A stretch of DNA of 63,764 nucleotides, counting the filler, from Octopus bimaculoides (Eukaryota): the NCBI RefSeq assembly GCF_001194135.2. It is 3 parts of 3 records of this genome, joined end to end, with 100 filler letters (N's around TTAATTAATTAA, not from the genome) between each part and the next. Parts side by side here need not be neighbours in the genome. Positions count along the whole stretch, not along the records: positions 1 to 25,067 come from NC_069006.1; 2 more parts are not named here. One strand, written 5' to 3'. Numbering within the stretch: position 1 is the stretch's first letter; each line of letters opens with the position of its first letter. Of the stretch, positions 1 through 12,320 are shown in pieces. The notes under the pieces are model-generated. The model saw only the letters and a program-made list of their open reading frames with translations. It ran no database searches and was not told where the DNA came from. The translations under genes were made by a program, and so were the position numbers.

Positions 1-127
1 AAAATAAACATCATCAATCATCACCACTTCCACAGCTTAATTAGCGAGTAATTAAAAGCGTTAATTGGCAATAGTGGAGTGGAGGTGTTCGTGGTTGTAT
101 TGGATCTGAAATAGCTACATGGCATAC

Positions 128-357
128 CTGTTATAATCGTAACCTCTTTTGTAAATCTTCTTCAGTGTCTTCATACGCTCTTTCACTTGGACCACGGATC
201 TCTGGATGCCTCTCTCAGACAGCTTCAGTCGGATGTATTCGTATACATGCCAATTCCTAATGCTATTCTCCAAATCCGTCTGGATCTCTTCATTACCCCA
301 TATGTCTATAAGATTCAACGTTTCGTTATCCGACCAATTCACTCCGCGTTGAGTCAT
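128..357 (-). CDS. Exon encoding a Myb/SANT-like DNA-binding domain (Myb_DNA-bind_4/trihelix, MSANTD/ZSCAN29-like); gene continues left of the window
   Basis: MTQRGVNWSDNETLNLIDIWGNEEIQTDLENSIRNWHVYEYIRLKLSERGIQRSVVQVKERMKTLKKIYK matches the W..(E)T..L...W.E..IQ..L....RN..VY..I...L...G..R...Q...(K/M)K.LK..Y pattern. ATG at 357-355 in ACCATG context. Donor CAG|GTATGC after 128 (phase 2). Confidence 0.85.
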
Positions 358-859
358 GGTCTAAATTTCTTAAATAACTTCCTTTTTAAATATATATATA
401 TATATACACACACACAGACAGATAGACAGCTAGATATTGTTATATATATAAACAAAGAATTTTTTTAAAGTATCTTTAAATATATATATATAACTATATA
501 TAAATGCACTATTTTTTCGTTCCTAATCGATTTATTTGATGCTATTGATTGCTAAATTGATTACTTAAAACATTTTTGTTTTTTTGTTTTCTTATTGCTT
601 TCTTAATCAATTTCGCTCTTTTATTTATTTTTTTCTTTTTGTGTTCATAGAAGTCAATTAATTCTGTTTGGGGGTGGGGGAAAACAACACAAATAAACGG
701 CCAAATGACACCTCAGTTTGCAAGAACGATATTTCTCTAATCAACTATCTTCTCCAAGACAAATTAATTGACGCTATATATATATACGTGTGAGCGTGTG
801 TGTGTGCATGTATATATAACAATAATATTAATTAAAGGCAGAAGGAGGGAGAAAGAGAG

Positions 860-1760
860 AGAGGCATCCACGAAAAAGCTCCCTGTCACGCGCATGTGCA
901 CGACTGACCAGCTTGTGAAACGAACAAAATAACAAAAACAGAGAGAAAGAACAGCAGCATGCTGGGAGTTGCCACCTCAACACGAGGGGGGGTAGCCCTG
1001 CTACTACAGTAGAAGGAAGAAAGGCTATTATAGTAGACAAGTATATAGTAGCCCTGCTACTATGTAATAATCAGTAAGTACCACTATCACAAGCAACAGC
1101 TAAATAGAGTAGAGATGCAAGATGTGATATTCCCCGAGCAGAGGGTGATTGCAAAGCAGCAAGGCTGATAATTTTGGTGACAGGTTCCGATCGATTTAAT
1201 CGGATCCTGGTCGCTTCAATGGTAATACTTTCTTTCTTGTTGTTTAGCCACAGGTCAAGTCTTTTCGAGCAGCCATATCACCATCACCATCACTACCATC
1301 ATCATCAAATATTTACAGCGTGACCAGCAATTTCTCCCCACGCCACCCGAGGTATGAAGGAGACTACATTCTGTAAAATGACTTTACCTGAAATAAGGAG
1401 GTACAGAGAGATTTAACGGAAGATTTAGGTACGGTTTCTAATAATTGACTAAGTAATGGCCAATTTTATTGAAGGTAATTTTAAAAGTGGATCTTACGAA
1501 GGACGTGTCCCTTTCTTCATTTCCGTCTTTCTTTCCCGAACAACCTTTCTAAATATGAAAATATGTGGATTCGGGAATTGCCACGACGGTGAGGAGAATT
1601 AATGTTTTGGGCATCCCAAAGGTGGTTTTACGCGTGACCAGAGAAGGAAGGAAACGAGAAGCGATTGAAGCGACTCTCTTGCAGGCTCAGATTTGAATAA
1701 ATGAAATTACTTAACACTTTTTGCTTAATTGCAACTCGCACCGGTTGTAAAATAACACTT
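860..1760 (-). promoter_or_regulatory. Candidate promoter/5' UTR region of the left Myb/SANT exon (interrupted by a repeat at about 1230-1460)
   Basis: Locally CpG-richer unique sequence. NRF1-like CGCGCATGTGCA near 889-900, GGGARTTGCCAC twice (964-975, 1573-1584), and a 15-bp direct repeat (992-1006, 1048-1062). Confidence 0.3.
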
Positions 1761-1944
1761 GATTAATTAATTATGTACGTATGCATGCATGCATGTATAT
1801 ATTCACACATGTATGCATACACACACACTTAGACGTATTTTTGTATACATACATACATGTATATACATATACACACACATACACACATGCATACACATAC
1901 ATATATACATACACATACACACAGATGTATACACACGTTCAGAC

Positions 1945-1981
<37 letters not shown>

Positions 1982-2023
1982 NNNNNNNNNNNNNNNNNNN
2001 NNNNNNNNNNNNNNNNNNNNTCA

Positions 2024-2069
<46 letters not shown>

Positions 2070-2119
2070 TACACACAGATGTATACACACACTCAGACAT
2101 GTTTATATATCAATAGGCA

Positions 2120-2545
2120 AAGAGGCTGAGTTCCTTTCGAGCACTGGGCCTCATGGAGGCAAAGTGGTTAAGTTCCTTTCAAGTGTTGGGCCTCACAGAG
2201 GCAATGGCCAAGACCTTTGGCGTTATGCCATGCATGAGAAGAAGACCCATCAAGCCGAGCAAAATTGCAGTCATGACAGATACCAGACCAGCGTCACACA
2301 AATTGGCACCTGTGCTGGTGGCACATAAACACACCCCAGTGTCACACAAATGACACCCATGCTGGTGACATGGAAGAGCACCCATTACACTCTCGGAGTG
2401 GTTGGCGTTAGGAAGGGCATCCAGCCATAGAAAACTACGCCAAATCAGACTGGAGTCTGGTGCAGACTTCCAGCGTGCCAGCCTGGTCAAGCCGTCCAAC
2501 CCATGCCAGCATGGACAACAGACGCTAAATGATGATGTTGATGAT
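2120..2545 (+). mobile_element. RTE LINE 3' end (RT C-terminal remnant, 3' UTR, (ATG)n tail)
   Basis: DLWRYAMHEK remnant followed by the same 3' UTR as 7476-8180 and a gatgat tail. Confidence 0.75.
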
Positions 2546-2759
2546 GATTTACATATCCACATTCACATATACACAGATGGACACATACATGTACAAATAC
2601 ATTTATAGATACATATTAATACGTGTATAAATGCATGTATAGAAATTTTCTGAGGAAAATCTTGAGAGAGCCTTCAAAATTTCAGGTAATTAGCTGTCAA
2701 CGTATAATGAACCGAGACTTTGAAGTCACTATCAAACTTTTCATGTTCAATTGTTTTCA

Positions 2760-3060
2760 TATCATTGGGACTCCAACAGTTACAATGACAAGGGTTCCAG
2801 TTGATCCGATCGATGGAACAGCCAGCTCGTCAAATTAACATGCAAGTGGCTGAGTACTCCACAGACGTGTACCCTTAATATAGTCCTCAGGAAGATTCAG
2901 CGCAACACAGAGTGTGACAAGGCTAGCCCTGAGTGGACTGGAGTAAAGTGCCTTGCTCAAGAACACAATGCATCACCAGGAATTGAACTCACAATCATGA
3001 GCCAAATACCCTAACCACTAAGCCACATACCCTAACCACTAAGCCACATACCTTCACTGT
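2760..3060. mobile_element. SINE fragments (tRNA-head SINE with CORE/V-like gtgtcttgagcaag block, minus strand, plus tail segment)
   Basis: gccttgctcaagaacacaa...aattgaactc is the reverse complement of the head seen at 6110-6250. Confidence 0.5.
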
Positions 3061-3650
3061 TTTCATATATACGCACACCTTGCACTGGTTTGGTCATGTG
3101 ATGCATGTGGATGAGGACAGCAGCATAAAGAAGTGCTGAGCTGTGGAGGGAACCAGTGGGAGGGGTAGACCCTCAGAGGTGTGGGATGAAATGGTGAGAA
3201 CGGATCTTCAGACGCTGGGCCTCAGAGGAAATAACAAGGGTCCAGGAGTTGTGACGCTTTGCAGTAGTTGGGAAGATGCATCAAGCTAAGTAAAACCATT
3301 GTCATCCATTCAATCAGGCATGTCCTTTATAGGTGCCAGTGCCACATGAATGCACTCATGCCAATGCCACATGAACGCACTCATTCCGGTGCCACATGAA
3401 TGCACTCATGCCAGTACCACATGAATGCACTCATACTGATGCCACATGAATGCATTCATGCAAATGCCACATGAATGCACTCATGCCGGTGCCACATGAA
3501 TGCACCCGGCACATTCTGTAAAGTGGTTGGCATAATGCCAACCACTTTACGGTCATCAAACCATGGAAACCATGTCAAAACAATTTAAGACAGGCCAGTT
3601 CCTGTCAAACGGTCCAACCCATATCAGCATGAAAAACAGATGCTGATGAT
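3060..3650 (+). mobile_element. Degenerate RTE 3' end with an internal 25-bp tandem array (about 7 units, 3336-3512)
   Basis: GHVMHVDEDS..KKC-like remnant, GCCACATGAATGCACTCATGCCAAT units, then the RTE 3' UTR and a gat tail. Confidence 0.7.
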
Positions 3651-3672
3651 GATATACACACATACATATATA

Positions 3673-4200
3673 GGTGCAAGTGTGACGGTGTGGTTAGAGG
3701 CTTACTTTCCAACCACATGATTTCCAGTTCAGTCCCACTGCATGGCACCTTCAGCAGGTCTCTTATACTATAGCCCTCGGCTGACCAAAGCCTTTTGAGT
3801 GAATTTGATAGATGGAAACTGAACGAAGCCCATCATGTGTGTGTGTGTGTGTGTTTAGTCCCACTGACACTGACAACCAGCGTTAGTGGGTTTATGTCCT
3901 CACAAGTTAGCAGTTCAGCAAAAAGAGATCAATAGAAGTACAAGGCATTAATAAATAAATACTGGTATTAATTCATTCAACTAAAATTCTTCAAAGTGGT
4001 GCCCCAGCATGGCCACAGTCTAATGACTGAAACAAGTAAAAGAGACATGGCCATGTGGTAAGAAGCTTGCTTCCCAACCACATGATTCAAGATTCAGTCC
4101 CACTGCATGGCACCTTGGGCAAATGTCTTCTACTATAGCCTCAGGCTGACCAAAGCCTTGTGAGTAGATTTGATAGACGGAAACTGAAAGAAGCCTGTCG
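3673..4200 (+). mobile_element. tRNA-derived SINE family A, two adjacent copies
   Basis: A-box/B-box head (tggctgtgtggt...ggttcagtccc), internal (TG)n, tail ...gactgaaacaagtaaaag. Confidence 0.8.
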
Positions 4201-4202
4201 TG

Positions 4203-4234
<32 letters not shown>

Positions 4235-4240
4235 GAAGAT

Positions 4241-5483
4241 GTGCAAGTTATTTGAGGATATACTTTTTTGGGGTTATTGCTGCATTTTTCGCTAATTCTG
4301 TATAATCTTTGTTTAAAAAAATAATCATGGCAGACCCGCAGCTTACTCAAGAAATGAAGGGGCATGCTGATATTGTGATTATAAAGGTTCAGCATGGTGA
4401 TTTAGAAATATCTCAATTTTTAAAAGTTGCCAGATCTTTTGTCTACAAAGTTTGTAAGGAGCTAAAGACTGAAGATAGAAATGTATCACCACTAGCAAAG
4501 CAAAACAAGCATTCTAAATGCTCTGAAATCATCAGAATACCTGAATTTATCCAGCAAGTTCAACAGACCATTTGATTACAATCCCAGAAAGTCCATGAGG
4601 TCAATTGCAAAAGATCTCCATGTGCCAGAAGTAACAGTCAGAAATGTTATCCATGAAGATATCAGATATAAGTCTTATATGATGAGGGAAAGTCAATTTG
4701 TCAGAAAAACCAAAGGAAAATCACTTCACCAGATTTAAAAGGCTCTTAAACAAACTGAAAAATCCAGTAGAAGAAGATTTGATTTTTCTCAATCAAGAAA
4801 AATTTCAACCAAGATCAAAAAGTTAACAGAAGAAATGACAGAAGATGGTTTTGTGCAGACCCTTCTGAAGTTCCAAGTGTTATGCATACAAAATTTCCTG
4901 CACCTGTCATGATTTTAGGGGTTGTTAGCAATGAAGGACATGCGATGCCTCCTTACTTCTTTCCGCAAGGCCTAAGAGTTAACTCTGCTGCTTACATTAA
5001 GGTCCCAGAAATAATTGCAAAGCCCTGGATAGACAGTGTATGCAATGGAAGGCCTTCAGTTAGTCTCTGCACTATCACACATGGCTCTAGTAACACAGAA
5101 ATGGATGGCTGAAAATTTTCATGATCATATAACCCCTAACATTTAGCCTCCTAATTCCCCAGTTTTCAATCCATTAGAATATTACATGTGGAGTGTTGTT
5201 GAGAGAGAAGTCAATGAACATGCCTATAACACCAAAGAATCTTTGAAAGCTGCCATAGTCAGAGTAATATCCAAAATGAACCAGAACCACTTGATTCAAG
5301 CATGGAGAGGATTTAGATCTCATATAGAAGCAGTTGTTGAAGCTGAAGGTGGCTTTATTGAATAACATTATAGAAAAGAAGGTTTATTTTTATCCTCATA
5401 GCATTTTTTGATAAATAAAGTTATCTGTTATTATATATTTGTTTTTTTTTATAAACATAAATCTGTCCTCAAATATCTTATGC
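4241..5483 (+). pseudogene. maT/DD37D-type Tc1-mariner transposon, disabled transposase
   Basis: Frameshifted pieces NFNQDQKVNRRNDRRW, KFPAPVMILGVVSNEGHAMPP and *PPNSPVFNPLEYYMWSVVER. Imperfect TIRs: gcaagttatttgagga at about 4243 and tcctcaaatatcttatgc at 5466-5483. Confidence 0.85.
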
Positions 5484-5719
5484 NNNNNNNNNNNNNNNNN
5501 NNNNNNNNNNNNNNNNNNNNNNNNNNNNNNNNNNNNNNNNNNNNNNNNNNNNNNNNNNNNNNNNNNNNNNNNNNNNNNNNNNNNNNNNNNNNNNNNNNNN
5601 NNNNNNNNNNNNNNNNNNNNNNNNNNNNNNNNNNNNNNNNNNNNNNNNNNNNNNNNNNNNNNNNNNNNNNNNNNNNNNNNNNNNNNNNNNNNNNNNNNNN
5701 NNNNNNNNNNNNNNNNATG

Positions 5720-5935
5720 TAACCACATGTGAATCGTTGGTGATTTTTTTACCTCCATCTTCCTTTTCTCCTGGACTTTCCTCCATCTCCTGTTTCTCAC
5801 GAAGAACTTTGCTTGAAACGTAAAACCACTTTTCTTTCCTTCCCTGAGTGTCTGCTAATACTTTTCATGTGTCACGTCCTCGCATTGTTGTTTTTTTCTT
5901 GTGTTTGTTCTTCATGTTTTGAATTTACTATATAT
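5720..5935 (+). mobile_element. PLE-type tail repeat, family F (degenerate copy)
   Basis: gaagaactttgcttgaaacgtaaaac...ctaatac is similar to 32450-32640, 34720-34890 and 45700-45880. Confidence 0.5.
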
Positions 5936-6090
5936 GCAAAGTATTAGCAGTTCATGCCAGTCACAAGGCTAAACATCTCTGAAAGTTTCATCCGAACCCA
6001 TTCAGTGGTTCTTGAGATATCTTGTCCACGGACAAACAAACAAACACAACTGAAAACAATACCTCCACCTTCACTAAAGTGGAGGGAATA
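5935..6090 (+). mobile_element. Helentron-associated (HINE/DINE-like) non-autonomous element end
   Basis: aagtttcatccgaa...gagatatc...gacaaacaaacaaaca...gaaaacaata followed by the terminal hairpin cctccac/gtggagg. Confidence 0.5.
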
Positions 6091-6109
6091 AAAATAAAGG
6101 ATATAATAT

Positions 6110-6450
6110 AAGGAGCAGGGCTCAGTGGTTAAAGTATCGGGCGTACAATCACGAGGTAATGAGTTTGATTCTCAGACTGGGCTGTGTGTTGTGCTCTTGA
6201 GCAAGACACTGTTTCATGTTGTTCCAGTTCACTCATCTGTAGAAATGAGTTGCTATGTCACTGGTGCCAGGCTGTATCGGTCTTTGCCTTTCCCTTGGAT
6301 ATCTTCAGTGGTGAAGGCTGGATAGCATGGTCTTCCATAAACAACCTTGCCTGGAATTGTGCCTCACAATGGAGCTTTCTAGGTGCAATCCCATCATCAT
6401 TCAATGACCTAAGGGGTCTTTACCCCTTATCCTATATACGTGTGTGTGTG
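6110..6450 (+). mobile_element. tRNA-derived SINE with CORE/V-like central block
   Basis: gctcagtggttaaag (A-box), gagtttgattc (B-box), then ttgtgctcttgagcaagacact. Confidence 0.6.
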
Positions 6451-7010
6451 TGTGTGTAGGCCAAGATATGGCTGTGTATTTAAGAAATTTGCTTTGGAAT
6501 TACACAGATTGCGATTTGCTCCCACCCCATGGTTGCTAATCAGCAGGTGCCCTTTGATTTCTTTATCCATCAGAAGCTGACAAATAACTTGTGAGCAAAA
6601 TCTGAGAGACAGAATCTGGAAGAGGTCCGTCATGTTTATAAGACTGTATTTTTATGTTTGTGTGTGTCTCATGAAGAGTGTAATCACCAAAGCTTAATCA
6701 TTTGTGCTGTGTCATTCACAAGAGGTCCTTTGCAAAAGCATATTATCTGAGTGACTTGATATGTCTTGGCATGAATCTGCTGATTATAAACAAAGTGTCA
6801 CTCTTCACACAAACAGTGTAGTCTGTTTACAGTTCTCCACAAAAGCAAATCCTGCTTGTTTAGACTGGCAGAATTGTTACCTTCTTTGGAAACAGGTGAA
6901 GGTCAACGACAGGAAGGGCATCCAACCGAAGAAGAAGCTGCCTCAATGAAGGCACATTTGATCCATGTAAATATGGAAAAGCAGACATTAATAACACGAT
7001 AGGATGATGC

Positions 7011-7047
<37 letters not shown>

Positions 7048-7082
7048 TATATATGTGTATATATGAATATATGTGTATGTAT

Positions 7083-8136
7083 ATGCTACATGGCAGTGAA
7101 ACATGGGCCGTGACTGCTGAGGACATGCATAAGCTTGCAAGAAACGAAGCTAGTATGCTCCGATGGATGTGTAATGTCAGTGTGCATACTCGACAGAGTG
7201 TAAGTACCTTGAGAGAAAAGTTAGACCTAAGAAGCATCAGTTGTGGTGTGCAAGAGAGACAAATACGCTGGTATGGTTATGTGGCGAGAATGGATGAGGA
7301 TAGCTGTGTGAAAAAGTGCCACACACTAGCAGTTGAGGGAACCTGTGGAAGAGGTAGACCCATGAAGACCTGGGATGAGCATGACCTTCGTACATTAGGC
7401 CTCACAGAGGCACTGACAAGCTACCAAGACCTTTGGAGATATGCTGTGCTTGAGAAGACCTGGCAAGCCAAGTGAGACCATAATCCGAGGCCTCTGCCAG
7501 GGGTGTAACCAGCCCACTTATGTGTACCTTTCTTTCATTGGACACTAAACTCTGCTTGCAAAGACCTGTTGAGGCAATCGAAATCGAACCAAATTCGACG
7601 ACTGGCACCTATGCCAACGTGTCCTTCATTGGACACTAAACTCAGCTTGCAAAGACCTGTTGGAGCAAGTGAAAGCAAAATCGTGATGGCACCTGTACCA
7701 GTGGAGCACTAAGAGGACCGTCCATGCATGATCGTTGCCAGAGCAGTTGTCTGGCTTCAGTGCCAGTGGCACGTAAATAGCACCATTTGAGCATGATCGT
7801 TACCTGCGTCGCCTTCCTGGCACTTGTGCCAGTGGCAGGTGAAAAGACATTTGAGCGAGATCGTTGCCAGTGCCGCTGGACTGGCTCCTGTGCAGGTGGC
7901 ACGTAAAATACACCACTTTGAGCGTGGCCATTGCCAGTACCGCTGGACTGGCCTTCATGCCAGTGGCACATAAAAGCACCCACTACACTCTCAGAGTGGT
8001 TGGTGTTAGGAAGGGCATCCAGCTGTAGAAACTCTGCCAGATGAGATTGGAGCCTCGTGCAGCCATCTGGTTTCACCAGTCCTCAGTCAAATCGTCCAAC
8101 CCATGCTAGCATGGAAAGCGGACGTTAAACGCTGCT

Positions 8137-8181
<45 letters not shown>
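7083..8181 (+). mobile_element. 5'-truncated RTE LINE: RT C-terminus (7083-7475), 3' UTR and (ATG)n tail
   Basis: MLHGSETWAVTAEDMHKLARNEASMLRWMCNV...RWYGYVARMDEDSCVKKC...GRGRP is a typical RTE RT end. Confidence 0.9.
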
Positions 8182-8190
8182 ATGCAGTGT

Positions 8191-8393
8191 TTAACCTTTT
8201 AGCATTCAGATTACTCAGTCAAACGCAATGCTTATTTATTCACATTGCTCTTAGCTTTGGCATTTTGATGATGTCATTGTTGATTTTTAGAATGACAATG
8301 TAGCATAGGTGTGAGGGGCCAGATCTGGCCAGTTTGAACATAAAACAGGTAGAATATTTGGGCAGGATATGGTCAGTTTAAATGCCAAAGGCT
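8191..8393. mobile_element. piggyBac-like MITE remnant
   Basis: TTAA-CC(T)TTTAGCATTC left end and aatgccaaagg right end. Same family as 11347-11480 and 26197-26961. Confidence 0.5.
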
Positions 8394-8515
8394 TGGGGAA
8401 ATGGAATATCATCCTAGCTGCAGCTGGTGAGAATCCCAAAAGCCCTTTAGCCTTTTGGGATCTTACTGATGATATGTATTTTAATTTATTGTAGCTTCAT
8501 TTACATACGCTGGAT

Positions 8516-8907
8516 CAGTGGTTCTCCAACCAGGGTCCACATGGCCCTTGGTGGATTCAGATTTTGTTGTTAAACTTTGGTTATACGTCTACAATACACA
8601 AAATATTCTTTTATTCTTTTACTTGTTTCGGTCATTTGACTGGCCATGCTGGACTGCTGCCTCAAAGGGTTTTAGTTGAACAAATGAACCCCAGGACTTT
8701 TTTTTTAAGACTAATACTTATCCTATCAGTCTCTTTTGCCAAACCACTAAGTTACGGGGACGTAAGCACACCAGCACCACAATTCCTAATAATATTTAAT
8801 TATGAAAATATAATATTATTTTTTAAACATCAAATACCTAGTGAGGTCCACTCAGGTAAAATAGGAATCAAAGGAGTCCATAGGTAAAAAATAGTTGGGA
8901 AGCACTG
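8516..8907. mobile_element. hAT (Charlie-like) MITE with a SINE A fragment inserted (8610-8780)
   Basis: TIRs cagtggttctccaac and gttgggaagcactg. Degenerate 8-bp TSD cgctggat/cactagat. Confidence 0.65.
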
Positions 8908-8959
8908 CACTAGATTATTTATTCAACCTGGGAGCCATTCACAATACTAATGAGTGTAT

Positions 8960-9272
8960 TCATCATCATCATCATAATCATCGTTTAACGTCCGCTTTCC
9001 ATGCTAGTATGGGTTGGATGATTTGACTGAGGACTGGTGAAACCAGATGGCTACACCAGGCTTCAATCTGATTTGGCAGAGTTTCTACGGCTGGATGCCC
9101 TTCCTAACGCCAACCACTCCGAGAGTGTAGTGGATGCTTTTACATGCCACCGGCACGAAGGCCAGTCGGGAGGTACTGGCAATGGCCACGCTCAAAATGG
9201 TGTCTTTTATGTGCCAGCTGCACAGGAGCCGGTCCAGGGGCACTGGCAACGATCTCGCTCGAAAGTCCCTCC
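8960..9272 (-). mobile_element. RTE 3' UTR/tail copy
   Basis: (CAT)n followed by cgtttaacgtccgctttccatgctag..., the reverse complement of 7900-8180. Confidence 0.85.
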
Positions 9273-10249
9273 GATATATACAGGGTGTTCAGGTTAAATT
9301 TTACAATTGTTAATGTCCCTTTTTTTTTTTTTTTTTTTTTCAGGAAAAGCATAATGTATTGGTGAACAATCAATGGTGTTGTGGAGCATAAAGATTAAAA
9401 AAAAATTGGCCAACATGGAGGACTGAATATTGGAAAAGATTTACCTATATCATAATGATTCATANNNNNNNNNNNNNNNNNNNNNNNNNNNNNNNNNNNN
9501 NNNNNNNNNNNNNNNNNNNNNNNNNNNNNNNNNNNNNNNNNNNNNNNNNNNNNNNNNNNNNNNNNNNNNNNNNNNNNNNNNNNNNNNNNNNNNNNNNNNN
9601 NNNNNNNNNNNNNNNNNNNNNNNNNNNNNNNNNNNNNNNNNNNNNNNNNNNNNNNNNNNNNNNNNNNNNNNNNNNNNNNNNNNNNNNNNNNNNNNNNNNN
9701 NNNNNNNNNNNNNNNNNNNNNNNNNNNNNNNNNNNNNNNNNNNNNNNNNNNNNNNNNNNNNNNNNNNNNNNNNNNNNNNNNNNNNNNNNNNNNNNNNNNN
9801 NNNNNNNNNNNNNNNNNNNNNNNNNNNNNNNNNNNNNNNNNNNNNNNNNNNNNNNNNNNNNNNNNNNNNNNNNNNNNNNNNNNNNNNNNNNNNNNNNNNN
9901 NNNNNNNNNNNNNNNNNNNNNNNNNNNNNNNNNNNNNNNNNNNNNNNNNNNNNNNNNNNNNNNNNNNNNNNNNNNNNNNNNNNNNNNNNNNNNNNNNNNN
10001 NNNNNNNNNNNNNNNNNNNNNNNNNNNNNNNNNNNNNNNNNNNNNNNNNNNNNNNNNNNNNNNNNNNNNNNNNNNNNNNNNNNNNNNNNNNNNNNNNNNN
10101 NNNNNNNNNNNNNNNNNNNNNNNNNNNNNNNNNNNNNNNNNNNNNNNNNNNNNNNNNNNNNNNNNNNNNNNNNNNNNNNNNNNNNNNNNNNNNNNNNNNN
10201 NNNNNNNNNNNNNNNNNNNNNNNNNNNNNNNNNNNNNNNNNNNNNNNNN

Positions 10250-12287
10250 CTGTGGGTAGATGTAGCATGGCCAAATGATTAAGAAGTTTACTTTGCAATC
10301 AAAAGACAACAGGTTCAATCTCACAGTGTGGCATCATGGGACGAGTATTTTTTTCATAGACTCAGGTTGACCCAAGCCCTTTAAACAAAATAGGGTCGAA
10401 GGGACTTGTGTGGAAGCTCATCAGATGAACTGTACATGTAAACTGAGGGACATATGAGTGTGAAGTACTCAGCCACAAATACACTAACATGTTTGGGAAC
10501 ATAAACAGACATAGAAGCTGCACCCCAGTTTTAGTGCATACGACACAGACTCTGTCTTTCATCCTTTCAGGGTTGGTAAAATATATTTCTTTATTGCCCA
10601 CGAGGGGCTAAACATAGAGGGGACAAACAAAGGATTAAGTCGATTACATCGACCCCAGTGCATAACTGGTACTTATTTAATAGACCCCAAAAGGATGAAA
10701 GGCAAAGTCGACCTCGGCGGAATTTGAACTCAGAACGTAACAGCAGACGGAATAGTGCTAAGCATTTCGCCCGGCGTGCTAATGCTTCTGCTAGCTTGCC
10801 GCCTTGGTAAAATAAGTAGCAGTTAAACACTGGGGTCAATGTAATTAACTACTCCTGGGCATGAGTATAAAAGAAACTGCACCCCTCTGCAAGGCCATGT
10901 TGAAGCAGTGTGATAGAGTACACTCATCAAACCAGTATGATATGGCCCCCACATCAGACCATGGTTGGGTGGAGAGAACATGCTGACAGCCTTGTACTGT
11001 AGTGGACTGAACATGAGCAACCCCAAAATGCTGCATCTCTCTGCCAAGCCATGTTGAGCTCAAACTCTCCAGCTCAAACTCATAGTCCCCACATCAGACC
11101 CTAGTTGGTGGAGAAAACATGCTGAGGCCTTTGTCCAACAGTGGACTAAAACATAGGCAATCCAATATAGATCCACCTTCACATATAGAGGGCAGGATGA
11201 CATTTGGGTGGGGGGGAAGAAAAAGAAAAGAAAAAGTGTGTCTGATATGCCATCAAATATGGAAATTTAATGAGCAAGAAGTTCCAGTTGAGTAAACAGA
11301 AAAGTCACGACATGAAATCATGACCAAGATCCATTTTTATTGTTGTTTAACCCACTAGCCTTTAAACCAGCCATATTCAGCCGAAATATTTTCCCTGTTT
11401 TATGTTCAAAATGGCCTGATCTGGCCTCTCACACCTTCTCTGCAACGTTATTCTATAAAGAAACAATCACATCATCAAACTGTACCAGTAAGTTGAGGAA
11501 ACAAGTGATTAAATTGACCCCAGTCTGCAACTGGTACTTACTTTATTGACCCCCAAAAGGATGAAAGGCAAAGTCAACCTTGGTGGAATTTGAACTCCAC
11601 CAGTCCTCAGTCAAATCGTCCAACCCATGCTAGCATGGAAAGCGGACGTTAAACGATGATGATGATGATGATGATGATGAATGTAAGACTACATAAAATG
11701 CCTGTAAGCATTTCGCCTGAAATGCTAACAATTCTGCCAGCTTTTGCAGCCTTGTAATAATAATAATAATAATTAAAGGTCTCATATTTTGGGGAGAGGG
11801 ACTAAGTTGATTACATCAACCCCAGCGTTTCACTGGTACTTAATTTATCGATCATGAAAGGATGAAAGGCAAAGTCAACCTCAATGGAAATTGAACTCAG
11901 AATGTTAACAGAGATGAAATGCCATTAAGCATTTTGCCCAGGTGTGATAACGACGCTGCCAACTCACTGCCTTACAACATGAGGAAGTATTACCGTGCTC
12001 GGACGCAAGAAGGGTGTCCGGCTTTAGAAAATCTGCCTCAACAAATTCCATTTATCACTCCACTCTCCACCCACCTTGCAAGCATGGAAAAGTGGACATA
12101 AAAACAACACTGATTTACTAATTAGGCACAAGCATAGCAGTGCAATAAGAAGCTTGCTTCCCAACTACAAGGTTCTGGGTTCAGTCCTACTGCATGGCAC
12201 CATGGGCAAGTATCTTCTACTATAGTCTCAGGCCAACCAAAGCCTTGTGAGTGGATTTGGTAGATGGAAACCGAAAGAAGCCTATCA

Positions 12288-12320
<33 letters not shown>

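Noticed and set aside
3336-3512. 25-bp tandem array as a CRISPR candidate
   Set aside because: There are no unique spacers, the context is eukaryotic, and it is part of an RTE 3' UTR.
9026-9045. CTGAGGA-CTGGT-GAAAC in the RTE 3' UTR family, resembling a hammerhead core
   Set aside because: Only 5 unpaired nt lie between the core halves (no helix II), and there is no downstream NUH or helix I.
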